Part shown: positions 19,955 through 31,137 of the stretch, piece by piece
Numbering within the stretch: the first letter of the stretch is position 1
Layout of the letters: every line of letters starts with the position of its first letter
Notes under the pieces: generated by a model
What the model saw: the letters and a program-made list of their open reading frames with translations, nothing else
Database searches by the model: none
What the model was told of the DNA's origin: nothing
Source of the DNA: Aureliella sp.
GTDB lineage: Bacteria; Planctomycetota; Planctomycetia; Pirellulales; Pirellulaceae
Length of the DNA stretch: 64,000 nt
Direction: 5' to 3'
NCBI GenBank assembly: GCA_963691875.1
Contig: OY829846.1
Location: 3,424,001 to 3,488,000, forward strand
Position numbers and translations under genes: made by a program

Positions 19955-20407
19955 GTAGACCTCCTGATTGCTGACAACGTTGAACGTCTCACCTTACCAT
20001 TCCCAAGTGGTCCCTCCGCTAACTGGCTTGCTGATGACTGCATTTAAGGCTTCAGCCCGACACTTCCCGCGAAGAGTAAAATCCTTTGGTATTTGCATTG
20101 GATTCCAGATACAAGGGCATCAAAATGAAGCTCCGCCTGATCGTGCGTGAATCTCCCAAGTCTGTTTGATGGTATGCCGATGCTATCAAAAAGTCCCTTC
20201 CAAGATGGCATCTAGTCTCCTGGGAGAATTGGCAGTTGGAATGGCTGCAAAAGAAAACTGAGTTAAACTAGTTGGACCTCGGCCGATTTGACAGTGAGGG
20301 GGTCTAGCGGGACGAACAGTCGACGTCGGGGAGTGAGTCTTCGATAGGTTGACTGAGTTGAGAACGGGGCAGGCCTGAGTCGAAAATCCTCAGGTATTGG
20401 CAATTCG

Positions 20408-21031
20408 ATGAGCTACATAGCCAAGCAATTTCGAAGCTTCTTCAAACGAGCTCGGGATTTTTGTGTGCTCAAAATCCTGCACGCAGATGATCCGCCTCAT
20501 ACGCTCGCACTAGGCATTGCAGTTGGAATGTTCGTGACATTTCTGCCTCTTATTGGATTCCAGATGATGGTTTCCTTCTTTCTTGCTTGGCTCTTGAAAG
20601 CCAACAAGGTGGTCGGAGTCCCGCTCGTGTGGATCTCGAATCCCGTCACGATGCTCCCTATCTACTATCCATGCTACGCCCTTGGCTGCAGGATTCTTGG
20701 GATTGGTGCAGACAACTGGGATCACATAAATGCTGACTGGGAAGTGCTGCGTGCAGATCTCTCAGCTCGTTGGATCGACAAGGTCCAGTTCTGGTGGAAT
20801 ATCGTCGTTGACTCTCTCGCACCGTTGACCGTCGGATGCTTGCTGGTCGCGAGTGTGGCTGGTGTACTCAGTTACTACATCTCACTGTTTTCAATCCGTC
20901 AGTATCGACTGAAAAGATGGGGGCAGCTAATGCCACCCGTTACCACACCAACTGAGTCGATCGAAGACAATGCCGTCGCCAAGAAGGCTGCCCCAGCAAG
21001 CAAGAAGGCCAACGGTGAAACCGCGGCCTGA
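20408..21031 (+). CDS. DUF2062 family membrane protein
   Basis: PHTLALGIAVGMFVTFLPLIG and WISNPVT motifs. Confidence 0.85.
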   Translation: MSYIAKQFRSFFKRARDFCVLKILHADDPPHTLALGIAVGMFVTFLPLIGFQMMVSFFLAWLLKANKVVGVPLVWISNPVTMLPIYYPCYALGCRILGIGADNWDHINADWEVLRADLSARWIDKVQFWWNIVVDSLAPLTVGCLLVASVAGVLSYYISLFSIRQYRLKRWGQLMPPVTTPTESIEDNAVAKKAAPASKKANGETAA

Positions 21032-21073
21032 TGTGCATAGAGTTGGTGTTTTCGAAGGCGATCTTTGCGTTAC

Positions 21074-22039
21074 CTATCCGCCCATGGCTGGGAACATGTC
21101 GCGGGCCATCTGAATGCCAGCAGGGCCGACTAGCACGACGAAGATACCAGGGAAAATGAAGAGAACGAGCGGGAAAATCAACTTCACAGCAGTCTTCGCT
21201 GCTTTCTCTTCCGCAATCTGCTGTCGCCGAACTCGCATGGCATCACTCTGTACGCGCAATGCATTGGCGATACTCGAGCCAAACTTGTCGGCCTGAATCA
21301 GAATTGAAGCCAACGAGCGCAAGTCATCGACACCAGTGCGGATACCGAGATCCGTCAATACCTGGTTCCGTGCTCGGCCCATCTGAAGCTGTAAATTGCA
21401 CAAGCCAAACTCTTCGGCCACAATCCGATAGCTCTTCTTCATCTCTTGCGAAACGCGACGCATAGCTTGGTCCAATCCAAGACCTGCTTCAACACAAACA
21501 ACTAGCAAATCCAGTGCATCGGGGAGCCCTTGGAAGATCTGTTGTTTTCGCCGCTTGACGAGTTGACCGAGAATAAAGGTCGGAAGGAAAAACCCAGCTC
21601 CAGCAATACCAGTCGCTCGAATCGCTGCGGTCATCGAAAAACCGTAGAGAAGAACCGAGATTCCACCACCGGCACACAGAAACACAATCGCTGTAATAGC
21701 GCGAATCGAGAGGTAGACCATCGGAGCGCCTTCGCTACGAAAGCCTGCCTCGACCAAGCCCTGCTTGAGCTTGCTCATCTCTTCTTCGGTCTTCGGTGCC
21801 AGGGGCTTGGCAAGCGTTGGGGAAGCTTTCTCAAGAGCTCGAGTCAGTACCTCAGCCTTGTTCTCCTTCCCCTCCTCGCTCTTACGTCGAGGATCACTCA
21901 ATTCCTGTAAGCGTCGTTCTGCACGGTCATCCTTGTCCATGAAATGGCTGAGTAATAACCAAGTCAATGCACCGAATGAGAGAAAGATGGCAACCGGGAT
22001 AACAACGGCGTTGGAAATTTCGAATGCTAAGAGGAACAT
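21074..22039 (-). CDS. tadC: Tad pilus inner-membrane platform protein (T2SS F family)
   Basis: LPDALDLLVVCVEAGLGLDQA and AEEKAAKTAVKLIFPLVLFIFP motifs. Confidence 0.92.
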   Translation of the reverse strand: MFLLAFEISNAVVIPVAIFLSFGALTWLLLSHFMDKDDRAERRLQELSDPRRKSEEGKENKAEVLTRALEKASPTLAKPLAPKTEEEMSKLKQGLVEAGFRSEGAPMVYLSIRAITAIVFLCAGGGISVLLYGFSMTAAIRATGIAGAGFFLPTFILGQLVKRRKQQIFQGLPDALDLLVVCVEAGLGLDQAMRRVSQEMKKSYRIVAEEFGLCNLQLQMGRARNQVLTDLGIRTGVDDLRSLASILIQADKFGSSIANALRVQSDAMRVRRQQIAEEKAAKTAVKLIFPLVLFIFPGIFVVLVGPAGIQMARDMFPAMGG

Positions 22040-22043
22040 TAGT

Positions 22044-23015
22044 CTAAACCTTCACGTTGATGATCTTGCGGATTACCAGAGCACCCAAGAATTGCATGAC
22101 GATGGCACCTGCCATAAGCTTTCTTCCCGTAGGATCACAGAACAAAACCATCGCGTAGTCATAGTTCAAGTAGAGCATGGTGATCATGAGAACTGGCGGC
22201 AGGGCCAACAATACAATCCCAGACAGGCGGCCTTCCCCGGTCAAAGCAGCAATCTGCCCAGCAAGCTTGAATCTTTCACGAATCAAGGTGCCGATCTTGT
22301 CCAGAATCTCTGCCAGGTCACCACCAGTCTGACGCTGCAGCATAACGGCTGTCGCGAAAAACCGGAGGTCCATATTGGGAACCCGCTCCGTCATATCTTC
22401 CAGAGCTTCGTCAAGCGTTACACCCAAGTTTTGCTCTTCGAACGCGCGACCGAACTCCTTGCCGATGGGATTATGAAGCTCGCTAGCTACGAGACCAAAT
22501 CCTGACGCCAAACTGTGACCGGCGCGAAGCGACCGAGATAAAAGCTCTAATGCTTCTGGTAGCTGAGCGTTGAACTTTGCCATTCGCTTTTTACGTTTCA
22601 GAAATAACCAAACGACGGGAAGACCTCCTGTCGTCAAGGCAAATACTGGCATCAACCAAACAGGAACGGGCGTTACGACACAGATGACTGCACCCGCAGC
22701 ACCGGCCATCAAGCAGATCGTCAAGAACTTCGAGCCAGACATACTTACGTCGGCTTGCTCCATCAAGTTGGAGATATTTCCCAGCTTCGCTAGGACCTGA
22801 TCCGCGAACGACCCACCTTCGTCGAAGGTGTCAGCGGTGAGCAAACTCGCGCCATTCTCGCCCTGTTCCCCGCTACTCTTTCTCGAAACTCCGGTCAGTA
22901 ATGCAAGCCGGTCTTCAGCTGTGTTTTCTTCTGTAGGCCGAAATGACAGCGCGACAAAGCCAATAAGGCTCGCGAAGCCGATCGCTACGGAAACGAAGAT
23001 AATGACTGGTAACAT
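22044..23015 (-). CDS. tadB: Tad pilus inner-membrane platform protein (T2SS F family)
   Basis: QLPEALELLSRSLRAGHS, QRQTGGDLAEIL and ALTGEGRLS motifs. Confidence 0.92.
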   Translation of the reverse strand: MLPVIIFVSVAIGFASLIGFVALSFRPTEENTAEDRLALLTGVSRKSSGEQGENGASLLTADTFDEGGSFADQVLAKLGNISNLMEQADVSMSGSKFLTICLMAGAAGAVICVVTPVPVWLMPVFALTTGGLPVVWLFLKRKKRMAKFNAQLPEALELLSRSLRAGHSLASGFGLVASELHNPIGKEFGRAFEEQNLGVTLDEALEDMTERVPNMDLRFFATAVMLQRQTGGDLAEILDKIGTLIRERFKLAGQIAALTGEGRLSGIVLLALPPVLMITMLYLNYDYAMVLFCDPTGRKLMAGAIVMQFLGALVIRKIINVKV

Positions 23016-23130
23016 AACTTAGTCTCGCCTCACCCTTCGGGTGCAAAATAGAGTACGAGTATTGGGCGAATGCGAAAGCTGACTTTCTAGGAGCCGAGTC
23101 AGCTCTGAGCCGTTGATCCGAACGCTTGAA

Positions 23131-24447
23131 TTAGGCTTCCATGATGTTTCGTTGACGAAATGCACTTGCAGGCAAGCGGACCCCGGCTGATTCCAAGCGA
23201 TGCATGAACGACGGACGCACACCCGTGCACTCAAAGTGACCGTGAGCTTTTCCGTCTTCGTTGATTCCGTCCTGCACGAATTTGTAAATATCTTGCATGA
23301 CGACGGTTTCTTGCTCCATCCCCGTGATCTCGGTGATGTGAGTCACGCGACGCGGACCACCTTGCAAACGGTTCGCCTGAATGATCACATCCACCGCACT
23401 AGAAACTTGCTGACGAATCGCCTTGATTGGCAACTCAAAGCCGGCCATCATGACCAGAGTTTCCAGACGAGCGACACCATCTCGAGGATTGTTGGCGTGA
23501 ATCGTGGTGAGCGACCCGTCGTGCCCCGTGTTCATAGCCTGAAGCATGTCAAGTGTTTCACCGCCACGACACTCACCGATGATGATCCGCTCAGGACGCA
23601 TCCGCAGAGCATTCTTCACTAGGTCGGTTGCCGTGACCGCACCGTTGCCTTCGATATTCGGCGGGCGAGTTTCCAGACGGACAACGTGTTCCTGTTGCAG
23701 CTGCAGCTCGGCTGCGTCCTCAATCGTGACGATACGCTGGTCGTTCGGGATAAAACTACTGAGCGTGTTCAGCAGTGTGGTCTTACCAGAACCAGTACCA
23801 CCACAGATGATCATATTCAATCTCGCTTTGATACAGCCTTCAAGCAGCATCACCATTTCAGGTGTCAAAGCTTTGTAATTCAATAAATCCTCGAGCTTCA
23901 GCGGGTTCGATCCAAAACGACGAATCGACACTGCAGCACCGTCAAGCGCGAGCGGCGGAATGATCGCGTTGACCCGCGAACCGTCTTCTAGACGAGCATC
24001 CACCATTGGGCAAGTTTCATCGACACGCCGTCCAACCTTGGATACGATCCGGTCGATGATCTGCATCAAGTGAGTGTTGTCGCGGAACTCAACTTCTGTC
24101 CGCTCCAGCTGGCCACGTTTTTCAACAAAGATGTGCTTTGGACCGTTGATCATAATATCGCTGATCGACGCGTCCTTGAGGATCAACTCAAGTGGTCCAA
24201 GACCAAATGTTTCATCTAGAACTTCCTCGATGATCCGGTCACGCTCATTGCGATTCAACAGCGTGTTTTCTGCATCGCAAAGGTGTTCGACAACCAAGCG
24301 AATTTCTTTGCGAAGTTGGTCGCCCTGCATCTCGCCAACACGACTCAGGTCTAGCTTGTCGACGAGCTTATTGTGAATCCGACGCTTGATCAGTTCGAAT
24401 TCTTCTGCCTTCGATGTTTCTGTGCGTTGCTTATTAAGAGTCTTCAT
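23131..24447 (-). CDS. cpaF: Tad pilus assembly ATPase (CpaF/TadA)
   Basis: Walker [33 protein letters not shown] and AMNTGHDG motifs. Confidence 0.95.
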   Translation of the reverse strand: MKTLNKQRTETSKAEEFELIKRRIHNKLVDKLDLSRVGEMQGDQLRKEIRLVVEHLCDAENTLLNRNERDRIIEEVLDETFGLGPLELILKDASISDIMINGPKHIFVEKRGQLERTEVEFRDNTHLMQIIDRIVSKVGRRVDETCPMVDARLEDGSRVNAIIPPLALDGAAVSIRRFGSNPLKLEDLLNYKALTPEMVMLLEGCIKARLNMIICGGTGSGKTTLLNTLSSFIPNDQRIVTIEDAAELQLQQEHVVRLETRPPNIEGNGAVTATDLVKNALRMRPERIIIGECRGGETLDMLQAMNTGHDGSLTTIHANNPRDGVARLETLVMMAGFELPIKAIRQQVSSAVDVIIQANRLQGGPRRVTHITEITGMEQETVVMQDIYKFVQDGINEDGKAHGHFECTGVRPSFMHRLESAGVRLPASAFRQRNIMEA

Positions 24448-24629
24448 TTCGCAGCCCGCGGACGTATTGTGATGACTCGGTTTACCTTTACACCTAGGCG
24501 TCCTATCACTTAGGTGGAAACCGCAGCAAGTACGCAATACTTGCTGTGGAAGCTTACATCACGGCTAACGTTAACCTTGCGGGTCGCACTCTGTTTACAA
24601 AAAAAGACAGAAAAAAAGGGTGGAGGGTC

Positions 24630-25472
24630 TTACGGTTGGGTATCCCCTTTTTTGACAGGAAAACGGTCTGATAGATACACCCGAGCTACATCAACCATAT
24701 AACCGCTATCACCGTACCCCAAACTTTGCTTGAGGTGTTTCGCCGCGAGCTCCGGTCGCCCCAGGCTATCATGGTACAAGCCAATGTATAGGTCCGCGTA
24801 GAATTGAGCGCGACGACGGGCTGTAGCACCTTTCGTATTTTTGAGGGCCGCTTTCATGACTTCATCAGTCTTTAGTTCACCCTTGAGCATTTGCAAGATA
24901 CTCATCATGGGCTCGCGTCCATCCCCTCGACTGGGAATTACCGTTTTCTTGGCAGCTTCTATCCCGTCGGTCTTAGCAACACACAAAAAGTACCAAGCCG
25001 AGTTCTCGACATCATCTGGATTTACATCATGGTGGATCTTGAACTGTTCGGCACCGCGTTTGAAATCGCCGACGGAACATAAAGCGATACCGCGCTGCCA
25101 GTTTCGCGCCGCGGACTCAGGAACCAACTCGACGACTTTGTCAAACAACGGGACGCTCTTCCTCGACTCACCGCTGCGGTACAGTATCTCGGCTGAGCCC
25201 TGCAAGATTCCAGGTGATTTCTTCCCGAGTTCTGCTGCTTTTTCAGCAAGCTTGCAGGCCTCCTTGAACTTCTCGTCTTCGAACAGTTTCTCCGCTTCGA
25301 TCAGCGACTTCACCGCTTTCTTCAGGCTGTCATCCTCCTGGGCGGAGATGAAAGAAAGAAAGAAAAGGCTGTGAATCAACGCAACGACAGAGAATGCGAT
25401 CACGAAACGGCGTAGAAAACGGTTGGTTATAGCAACTGACACGGCGACACTTCTCCTTGCGAAATCAGGCAA
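24630..25472 (-). CDS. TPR-repeat exported protein (NlpI-like); the true start is probably downstream
   Basis: WQRGIAL...F.....[11 protein letters not shown] and [10 protein letters not shown] motifs; signal-like segment. Confidence 0.75.
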   Translation of the reverse strand: MPDFARRSVAVSVAITNRFLRRFVIAFSVVALIHSLFFLSFISAQEDDSLKKAVKSLIEAEKLFEDEKFKEACKLAEKAAELGKKSPGILQGSAEILYRSGESRKSVPLFDKVVELVPESAARNWQRGIALCSVGDFKRGAEQFKIHHDVNPDDVENSAWYFLCVAKTDGIEAAKKTVIPSRGDGREPMMSILQMLKGELKTDEVMKAALKNTKGATARRRAQFYADLYIGLYHDSLGRPELAAKHLKQSLGYGDSGYMVDVARVYLSDRFPVKKGDTQP

Positions 25473-25573
25473 ACAAGCTTATCGTCGCCATCATAGCCCA
25501 GACGGCGAGGCCGAACGGTATAGAAAGCCGCCATCTTCCGATTCTGCTACAGACCCACAAGCGATCAATTCAC

Positions 25574-26926
25574 ATGCCAACCACCCTGATCCGCGACGCT
25601 CAAGTCGTCTTACCTGCGCAAACGGTCGAAACAAATGTCCTGTTGGAAGACAGCAAGATCTTCGCCATTGACGCCGCTCGCGATCAAGGCGCCGATGAAG
25701 TCATTGAAGCCGAAGGCCTGACACTGCTTCCGGGAGTCATTGACGACCAAGTCCATTTTCGTGAGCCAGGTCTTACGCACAAAGAAGACATCGCGACAGG
25801 CAGCATTGGCTGCGCGGCGGGTGGCATCACGACCTTCTTGGAAATGCCAAACACGAACCCACCAGCGGTTGATCGTGAGCACTTGCAGTGGAAGTACGAT
25901 CGAGCCGCGAAAGTAAGCCGCGTGAACTATGGCTTTTATATTGGCGCCACCGGAGACAACGTGGCCGAACTGCAGGACTGCGATTTCGCGCCAGGTATCA
26001 AGATCTTCATTGGTTCGAGCACCGGTAATCTGCTGGTCGACCAACAAGAAGCCTTAGAACGAATTTTTGCTGAAACGACTCTGCCGATCTGCGCACACTG
26101 CGAAGATGAAACCACAGTGCGAAATAATCGAGCGCGGCTGGAGGCCGCTGGCAAACTGACCATTCACGATCACTCTCGCATTCGCGACCACGAGGCTGCG
26201 ATCGTCTCCACCCGCCGCGCCATCGATCTCGCCACGCGACACCAACATCGCTTTCATGTGCTGCACGTCAGCACTGGCGCGGAAGTACCGGAGATAAAAG
26301 CCGCGAAACCATGGATCACTGCCGAGGCATGCCCGCATCATTTGTTCTTCTCGGTCGAGGACTACGATCGACTGGGAAGTCTCGTCCAGATGAATCCAAG
26401 TGTCAAGAACCCTGAAGACAACGTCCAAGTCTGGCAAGCACTTATGGACAACGACATTCAAGTCATCGCTACCGATCACGCTCCACACACCTGGAAAGAA
26501 AAGCAGCAGGATTATCCTGCTTCACCCAGCGGGCTACCTGCAGTGGAGAACAGCTTGGGGCTGATCCTGCGACAGGTGGTAGATGGCAAATGCACACTTC
26601 AGCAAGTCGCCGCCTGGATGTCCGATGCACCTGCTCGAGTTTGGGGGATGGTGGGCAAGGGCCGCATTGAAGTGGGCTACGACGCCGACCTTGTGCTCGT
26701 CGACATGAATCTTGAGCACGACATCATAAACGAGAAGCAATTCACCAAGAGCCGCTGGAGTCCTTGGGCAGGCGAGACGTTGCCAACCAGCGTCATTCGC
26801 ACCCTCGTCGGTGGCAAAACGGTCTTTATGAACGGCGCGGTCTCATTAGAGGCTCATGGCAGTCCCGTTCGCTGCGATCATGGTCGGGGAGGCTACTGGA
26901 ACACCCACGACGGCATCGGCCTGTAA
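25574..26926 (+). CDS. pyrC: Dihydroorotase (amidohydrolase superfamily)
   Basis: [39 protein letters not shown] and PSGLP motifs. Confidence 0.88.
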   Translation: MPTTLIRDAQVVLPAQTVETNVLLEDSKIFAIDAARDQGADEVIEAEGLTLLPGVIDDQVHFREPGLTHKEDIATGSIGCAAGGITTFLEMPNTNPPAVDREHLQWKYDRAAKVSRVNYGFYIGATGDNVAELQDCDFAPGIKIFIGSSTGNLLVDQQEALERIFAETTLPICAHCEDETTVRNNRARLEAAGKLTIHDHSRIRDHEAAIVSTRRAIDLATRHQHRFHVLHVSTGAEVPEIKAAKPWITAEACPHHLFFSVEDYDRLGSLVQMNPSVKNPEDNVQVWQALMDNDIQVIATDHAPHTWKEKQQDYPASPSGLPAVENSLGLILRQVVDGKCTLQQVAAWMSDAPARVWGMVGKGRIEVGYDADLVLVDMNLEHDIINEKQFTKSRWSPWAGETLPTSVIRTLVGGKTVFMNGAVSLEAHGSPVRCDHGRGGYWNTHDGIGL

Positions 26927-26965
26927 GTCACAAACTAGAAGAAGAAGCTTGCTCACTTCAGACTG

Positions 26966-27016
26966 AAACGAAAAAAGCCGCATCACTTCATGGCGATGCG
27001 GCTCTTTCGTTTTCTT
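26966..27016. terminator. Bidirectional terminator between convergent genes
   Basis: AAAAAAGCCGCATC...GATGCGGCTCTTTCGTTTT. Confidence 0.8.
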
Positions 27017-27031
27017 CTTGTGAAGCAGTGC

Positions 27032-28600
27032 CTATTCTTCAATCGGCTCTGACTTGGCACCCGCTTTGACAACCCAGAGTTTGGCTGGATTCTCAGTCAT
27101 GTAATAGAGCTTGCCATTAGCTGCAATCGGAGTCGTCCGGATCTTGGTTCCGTCGAAGTGACCGATCTCTGCGATCAAGTTCAACTCTCTGCTGTGCTCG
27201 AAAACATACAGAATACCATCGTCGTTCCCGATGAAGACTTTGTCATCAACCAAGTACGGAGAGGACCAAGTGTTCGAGAACATACTCTCTACCCAATGCA
27301 CCTCACCAGTCTGAGCGTCCAAGCAGTGAACGTGTCCACCAAGCTCTGCCACATACAACAGGTCATCCTGGATGGCACAAGTAGACATGCTGCGACCAAA
27401 GTAATAAGTCTCGCCTGTTTCACTTGGATTCTCGCGAGTAGCAGGGCCACCATAGTGCCATACCTGAGCGGAATCTGGATTGGGCTTCTCAACCAGCTCT
27501 GGCTCGCGCGAAACAAGCAAAGTTGGCGATAGATCCTTGTCGGCGTTCGTTGGCTTCTTGGTAATATCGATGCAATACAAGTGGCCAACACCCGTGTCGT
27601 GCTCAGGATCCTGCCCAACGCTGATGTAAAGCTTGTCGTCATAGACAACTGGAGTTGCAACAAAGTCGTTAGCAGTACCACGACCACCTAGCTTGTAGAC
27701 GGCGTCTTTCGGATTGCAATCAAACTTCCAAAGTAACTCACCGGTCTTAGGTTCGAAGCTATAAACCCAGCCATCTCCGCCTGGAAAGATCATCTGTGGC
27801 TCGCCGCCTTCGGGTTCAGCATAAGTCGGATTCGACCACTGACCGTGCATCAAGCTGCGAAATGACTTGCTGGGCAAGTTGCTACTCCAAAGCACTTCGC
27901 CGTTGTTCTTGTTCAATGCGAGAAAACTTGGAGCGTTCTCTGCAGGCACTCGAAGGTGGGCGGCATCGACACCATTACTTGTGATCAAAAAAAGCGTGTC
28001 GCCCAAGATCAGCGGCGAGCAGGTGGCGATATTGTGCGGGAACACGTTCAGCGGCTTGCCAATCATATCCACCTTCCAAATGATCTCCCCATTGTTGATG
28101 TTCGCGCAAATCACTTCGCAACGATTGCCGATGTAGTAAAAGCGATCACCTTCAATGGCTGGCGTTGAGCAGATACCTTGTTGAGGCCAATCCCAAACAC
28201 GACCAGCGGCGAGTTTGTCGTGGACGATCTGCCACAAGAAGGAACCATCTTCCTCGTTGAAGCACATCATCACGCCTTTGTCGCCCGTGATGCTCTTATC
28301 ACGAGGAAACTCATTGTTCGTTCCGATCAGAATCTTGCCATTGCTGACGACAGGTCCACCATAAGCTCGCGAACCGAGCTGGACGGAATAGAGAATGTTC
28401 TCGCCTTCAAAGATATCCCACTCTTCTGGAATCCCTTTGACGTTCGGGTTCACAAAGTTCCGCTTGAGGTGACCGGCGTACATGGGCCAGTCCTTCTTGG
28501 GCGGATCAAGCTGCTTGGATTCTTGAGCTCGAACTTGCATCGAGCCTGCTCCGAAAAGCAGCACGAGGGAAAATGCGCTAAGTGCATGAGCCATACGCAT
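27032..28600 (-). CDS. Exported PQQ-like beta-propeller repeat protein
   Basis: Signal peptide, DWPMY, and repeated A/C-x-x-x-x-x-G-x-x-x-W blades. Confidence 0.88.
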   Translation of the reverse strand: MRMAHALSAFSLVLLFGAGSMQVRAQESKQLDPPKKDWPMYAGHLKRNFVNPNVKGIPEEWDIFEGENILYSVQLGSRAYGGPVVSNGKILIGTNNEFPRDKSITGDKGVMMCFNEEDGSFLWQIVHDKLAAGRVWDWPQQGICSTPAIEGDRFYYIGNRCEVICANINNGEIIWKVDMIGKPLNVFPHNIATCSPLILGDTLFLITSNGVDAAHLRVPAENAPSFLALNKNNGEVLWSSNLPSKSFRSLMHGQWSNPTYAEPEGGEPQMIFPGGDGWVYSFEPKTGELLWKFDCNPKDAVYKLGGRGTANDFVATPVVYDDKLYISVGQDPEHDTGVGHLYCIDITKKPTNADKDLSPTLLVSREPELVEKPNPDSAQVWHYGGPATRENPSETGETYYFGRSMSTCAIQDDLLYVAELGGHVHCLDAQTGEVHWVESMFSNTWSSPYLVDDKVFIGNDDGILYVFEHSRELNLIAEIGHFDGTKIRTTPIAANGKLYYMTENPAKLWVVKAGAKSEPIEE

Positions 28601-28777
28601 GGTTGATCGTCTCCGTATTCTCGACCGAGTGTCGATTGGTTTCTTGTTTCTTGAGTTTGAGTGGTGCAAGTTTCAGACCAGCAACACGTCGAATGTCAAT
28701 TTACTTAGCCGGCGGCCCTAGCCGCTCGCAACACGCTGACCGAAATACTCGAGGCAAGCGTGTTCGGCTCACGATTG

Positions 28778-31027
28778 CTACTTGATCAGTACGTTATCGA
28801 AGTAGATCTGGGTACCAAGAGCTGGTGGCTTGATGCCTTGGGCCGATCCGTAGATGCCAGGTGCACCACTTCGATTCGGATTCGGGTCGTCCAGTTCTAT
28901 CGTCCAACCTGCTGGCTCAGCTTCGCCCTTGGCCCAAACCTTGCCGAGCACCTTGGCCGATTCTTCACCAACGTCAACCTTCAGCTTCAGGCGATACCAA
29001 GTGTTCGGCTTCCAGTCGTAGGCTTTTTCCGCCGCAACACGAGGAATCGCGTCCCAGGCAGAGACTCGCAAGACTTGCTCGTTCCCAACCAGCTGGAGAA
29101 TATAACGGTTCGCTACCACACCCATGTTGGGCATCGTGTCATCGACTTGCTCTCCCATCACATCTGAAGCAACCGTGTAGCCGGCCATATCTGGCGTACC
29201 TGCAAAGGCATACCACTGACGATAGAAAGGAACAGCAATCTTCGCCGTCTTCATCAGCACGGTGTTGCCATCATCCAACTTCGTGGTGACATAACGCAAC
29301 TGAGTATTTGTCCAGCCAGGCGGTACCAAGCCAGGAGCAACCGATTCGAAATCTTCCGAATAGGGCAGGGTAGGTGCAACACGCACGCGAACTTTCGCTC
29401 CCAAATCGCCGACTTTGCAGATGACATTTCCAGCTTGTCCTCCACCGGCTGAAGAAGCGGTGAAGACATTCCCTTTCACCGTTCCTTGCAGTGCTGCTCT
29501 TGGAGCATCCTTGGAAAGCCCTGGGCCTCCGAACATTGGAGCCATCGTGTAGGTCGGCTGAGCAGCCCCAACCAATCGTCCGTCCTTGTCAAACAGGTGA
29601 GCCTTGAGCTCAACTGACTCGCCAGCCGCTAGGGTGACCTCCGCAGGCACTACTTGCAGGTGCGTTGCAGTACCGCTTGGATTTGGACCTGGAGCGGGTT
29701 CGCTCGTAGGAATCTTCACGTCGACTGGATTGTACTTGCCGAGGCAGTAAAACTCTTCGGTCGTACCGAAGTAAACGCAGCCATTGGAGACAGCGGCCGA
29801 ACCTTGGACTTCTACATCAAACTCTGGGTCAGCAGGCTGGAATCGGTTACGAGCCACGCGTTTACCAGTTTCCGCATTGAGAATGTGGAAGTACCCGTGA
29901 ACCGAGCTGAGGTAGATCTTTCCGTCGCCGAACACAGGGGAACCGGTGCAGTTTCTGCCAAACTTGGCACGCCATAGCCGATCACCTGATTTCGCGTCGT
30001 AGCAGTACAATCGGCCTTGGCGATCAGGCAAGTAGAGCTTGCCTTCATAAAGCATGGGCGAAGGATACTTGAATTCGATTCCATCGAGCTCCCACACCAA
30101 CTTTGGTTCATCACCTGACAAATCCAAAGCAGCCAAACGGCCGACACTAGCGCGACCTGGGATTTCCTCGCCATGTGCTGCGTAGAGCATCTCGCCATCA
30201 AGCACTTGAGCAGGATTCATCGCTCCGTTGCCAAGCTGAAAACTCCAGACTTTCTTTCCGGTGTTCACTTGGAAACAGTGGATGTGTCCATCGCCACCAC
30301 CACTGATCAAAACACGCTGGCCCTTCAGTGTCGCAACGATTGGAACGCAGCGATAAGAATTGGAAGGCCGAATGCCGGTGGTGTTCCACCAAACCATTTC
30401 GCCAGTGTTTTTGTCAAAGGCGAAGAAACGACAACCGCCGCCACCTTGCACACCCCAGTTCGAGCTGAGCATGCTGATCATGACCAAGTTGCCATCGACA
30501 ACAGGGCTGGTGACTCGTCCGCCGTAGCCCGTGATGCGACCAACTTCTTCTGTCAGAGACTTCTTCCACTTCACTTTGCCGCTTTCGCCGTCAAAGCAAA
30601 ACAAGAAACCTTGGGTGCCGTGAACGTACACGTTTCCCGTTTGAGGATCACCGACCGGCACGGTCCATCCCAGACGCACACTAACGATTGGAGTGAAGAA
30701 GATGCTGAAGCGGTGCTCCCAGACGACGTCGCCAGTCTTGGCGTCCATGCAGACCACGCGTTCTTGCTCTTCGGCGCCTTCGCCCACACGGCTGATGATG
30801 TAGATCTTGCCGTTCATCACGATCGGCGTAGACCGACAACTTACGTCCTTTTTCATCCACAGAACGTCGTCGAAGCTGTCGGGAAGCCCGGACTCTCGCG
30901 AGACACCGTTGCGTTCTGGCCCACGCCAGTTTGTCCAATCACCAGCAATCGCCGAAGACGATGCAAGAAGCACGACAGCTGCAGTGAAGCAATGCTGCCA
31001 GCCGTTCCAAAGGGAGTTGGATTTCAT
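28778..31027 (-). CDS. Exported PQQ-like beta-propeller protein with additional C-terminal beta-sandwich domains
   Basis: DWTNWRGPERNG, blades such as CMDAKTGDVVW, and a C-terminal WYRLKLKV...GKVW....EP lectin-like segment. AGGAG RBS before ATG 31027. Confidence 0.88.
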   Translation of the reverse strand: MKSNSLWNGWQHCFTAAVVLLASSSAIAGDWTNWRGPERNGVSRESGLPDSFDDVLWMKKDVSCRSTPIVMNGKIYIISRVGEGAEEQERVVCMDAKTGDVVWEHRFSIFFTPIVSVRLGWTVPVGDPQTGNVYVHGTQGFLFCFDGESGKVKWKKSLTEEVGRITGYGGRVTSPVVDGNLVMISMLSSNWGVQGGGGCRFFAFDKNTGEMVWWNTTGIRPSNSYRCVPIVATLKGQRVLISGGGDGHIHCFQVNTGKKVWSFQLGNGAMNPAQVLDGEMLYAAHGEEIPGRASVGRLAALDLSGDEPKLVWELDGIEFKYPSPMLYEGKLYLPDRQGRLYCYDAKSGDRLWRAKFGRNCTGSPVFGDGKIYLSSVHGYFHILNAETGKRVARNRFQPADPEFDVEVQGSAAVSNGCVYFGTTEEFYCLGKYNPVDVKIPTSEPAPGPNPSGTATHLQVVPAEVTLAAGESVELKAHLFDKDGRLVGAAQPTYTMAPMFGGPGLSKDAPRAALQGTVKGNVFTASSAGGGQAGNVICKVGDLGAKVRVRVAPTLPYSEDFESVAPGLVPPGWTNTQLRYVTTKLDDGNTVLMKTAKIAVPFYRQWYAFAGTPDMAGYTVASDVMGEQVDDTMPNMGVVANRYILQLVGNEQVLRVSAWDAIPRVAAEKAYDWKPNTWYRLKLKVDVGEESAKVLGKVWAKGEAEPAGWTIELDDPNPNRSGAPGIYGSAQGIKPPALGTQIYFDNVLIK

Positions 31028-31137
31028 GTGGTTAACACTCCTGGGTTGTCGCGTCAAAAGCGGCATGACTCGCCGCAGTTTATTGTTCTTAATTGGGCGC
31101 AGCTACGTGCTCCGCCAGCTAGTTTGATTTAAGAATG

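Noticed and set aside
21074..24447. Incomplete tad locus (no pilin or secretin) as a novel system
   Set aside because: Tad genes are often dispersed, and the three genes present look canonical.
25574..26926. DQVH instead of an HxH metal motif in the dihydroorotase, as a sign of inactivation
   Set aside because: [10 protein letters not shown] is, as I recall, a common variant in this subfamily, and the other motifs are intact.
30173..31132. Long antisense or alternate-frame ORFs (for example 319 aa here, 13445-14197 and 21765-22505)
   Set aside because: They overlap well-supported genes and show no recognisable motifs, as is typical of shadow ORFs.
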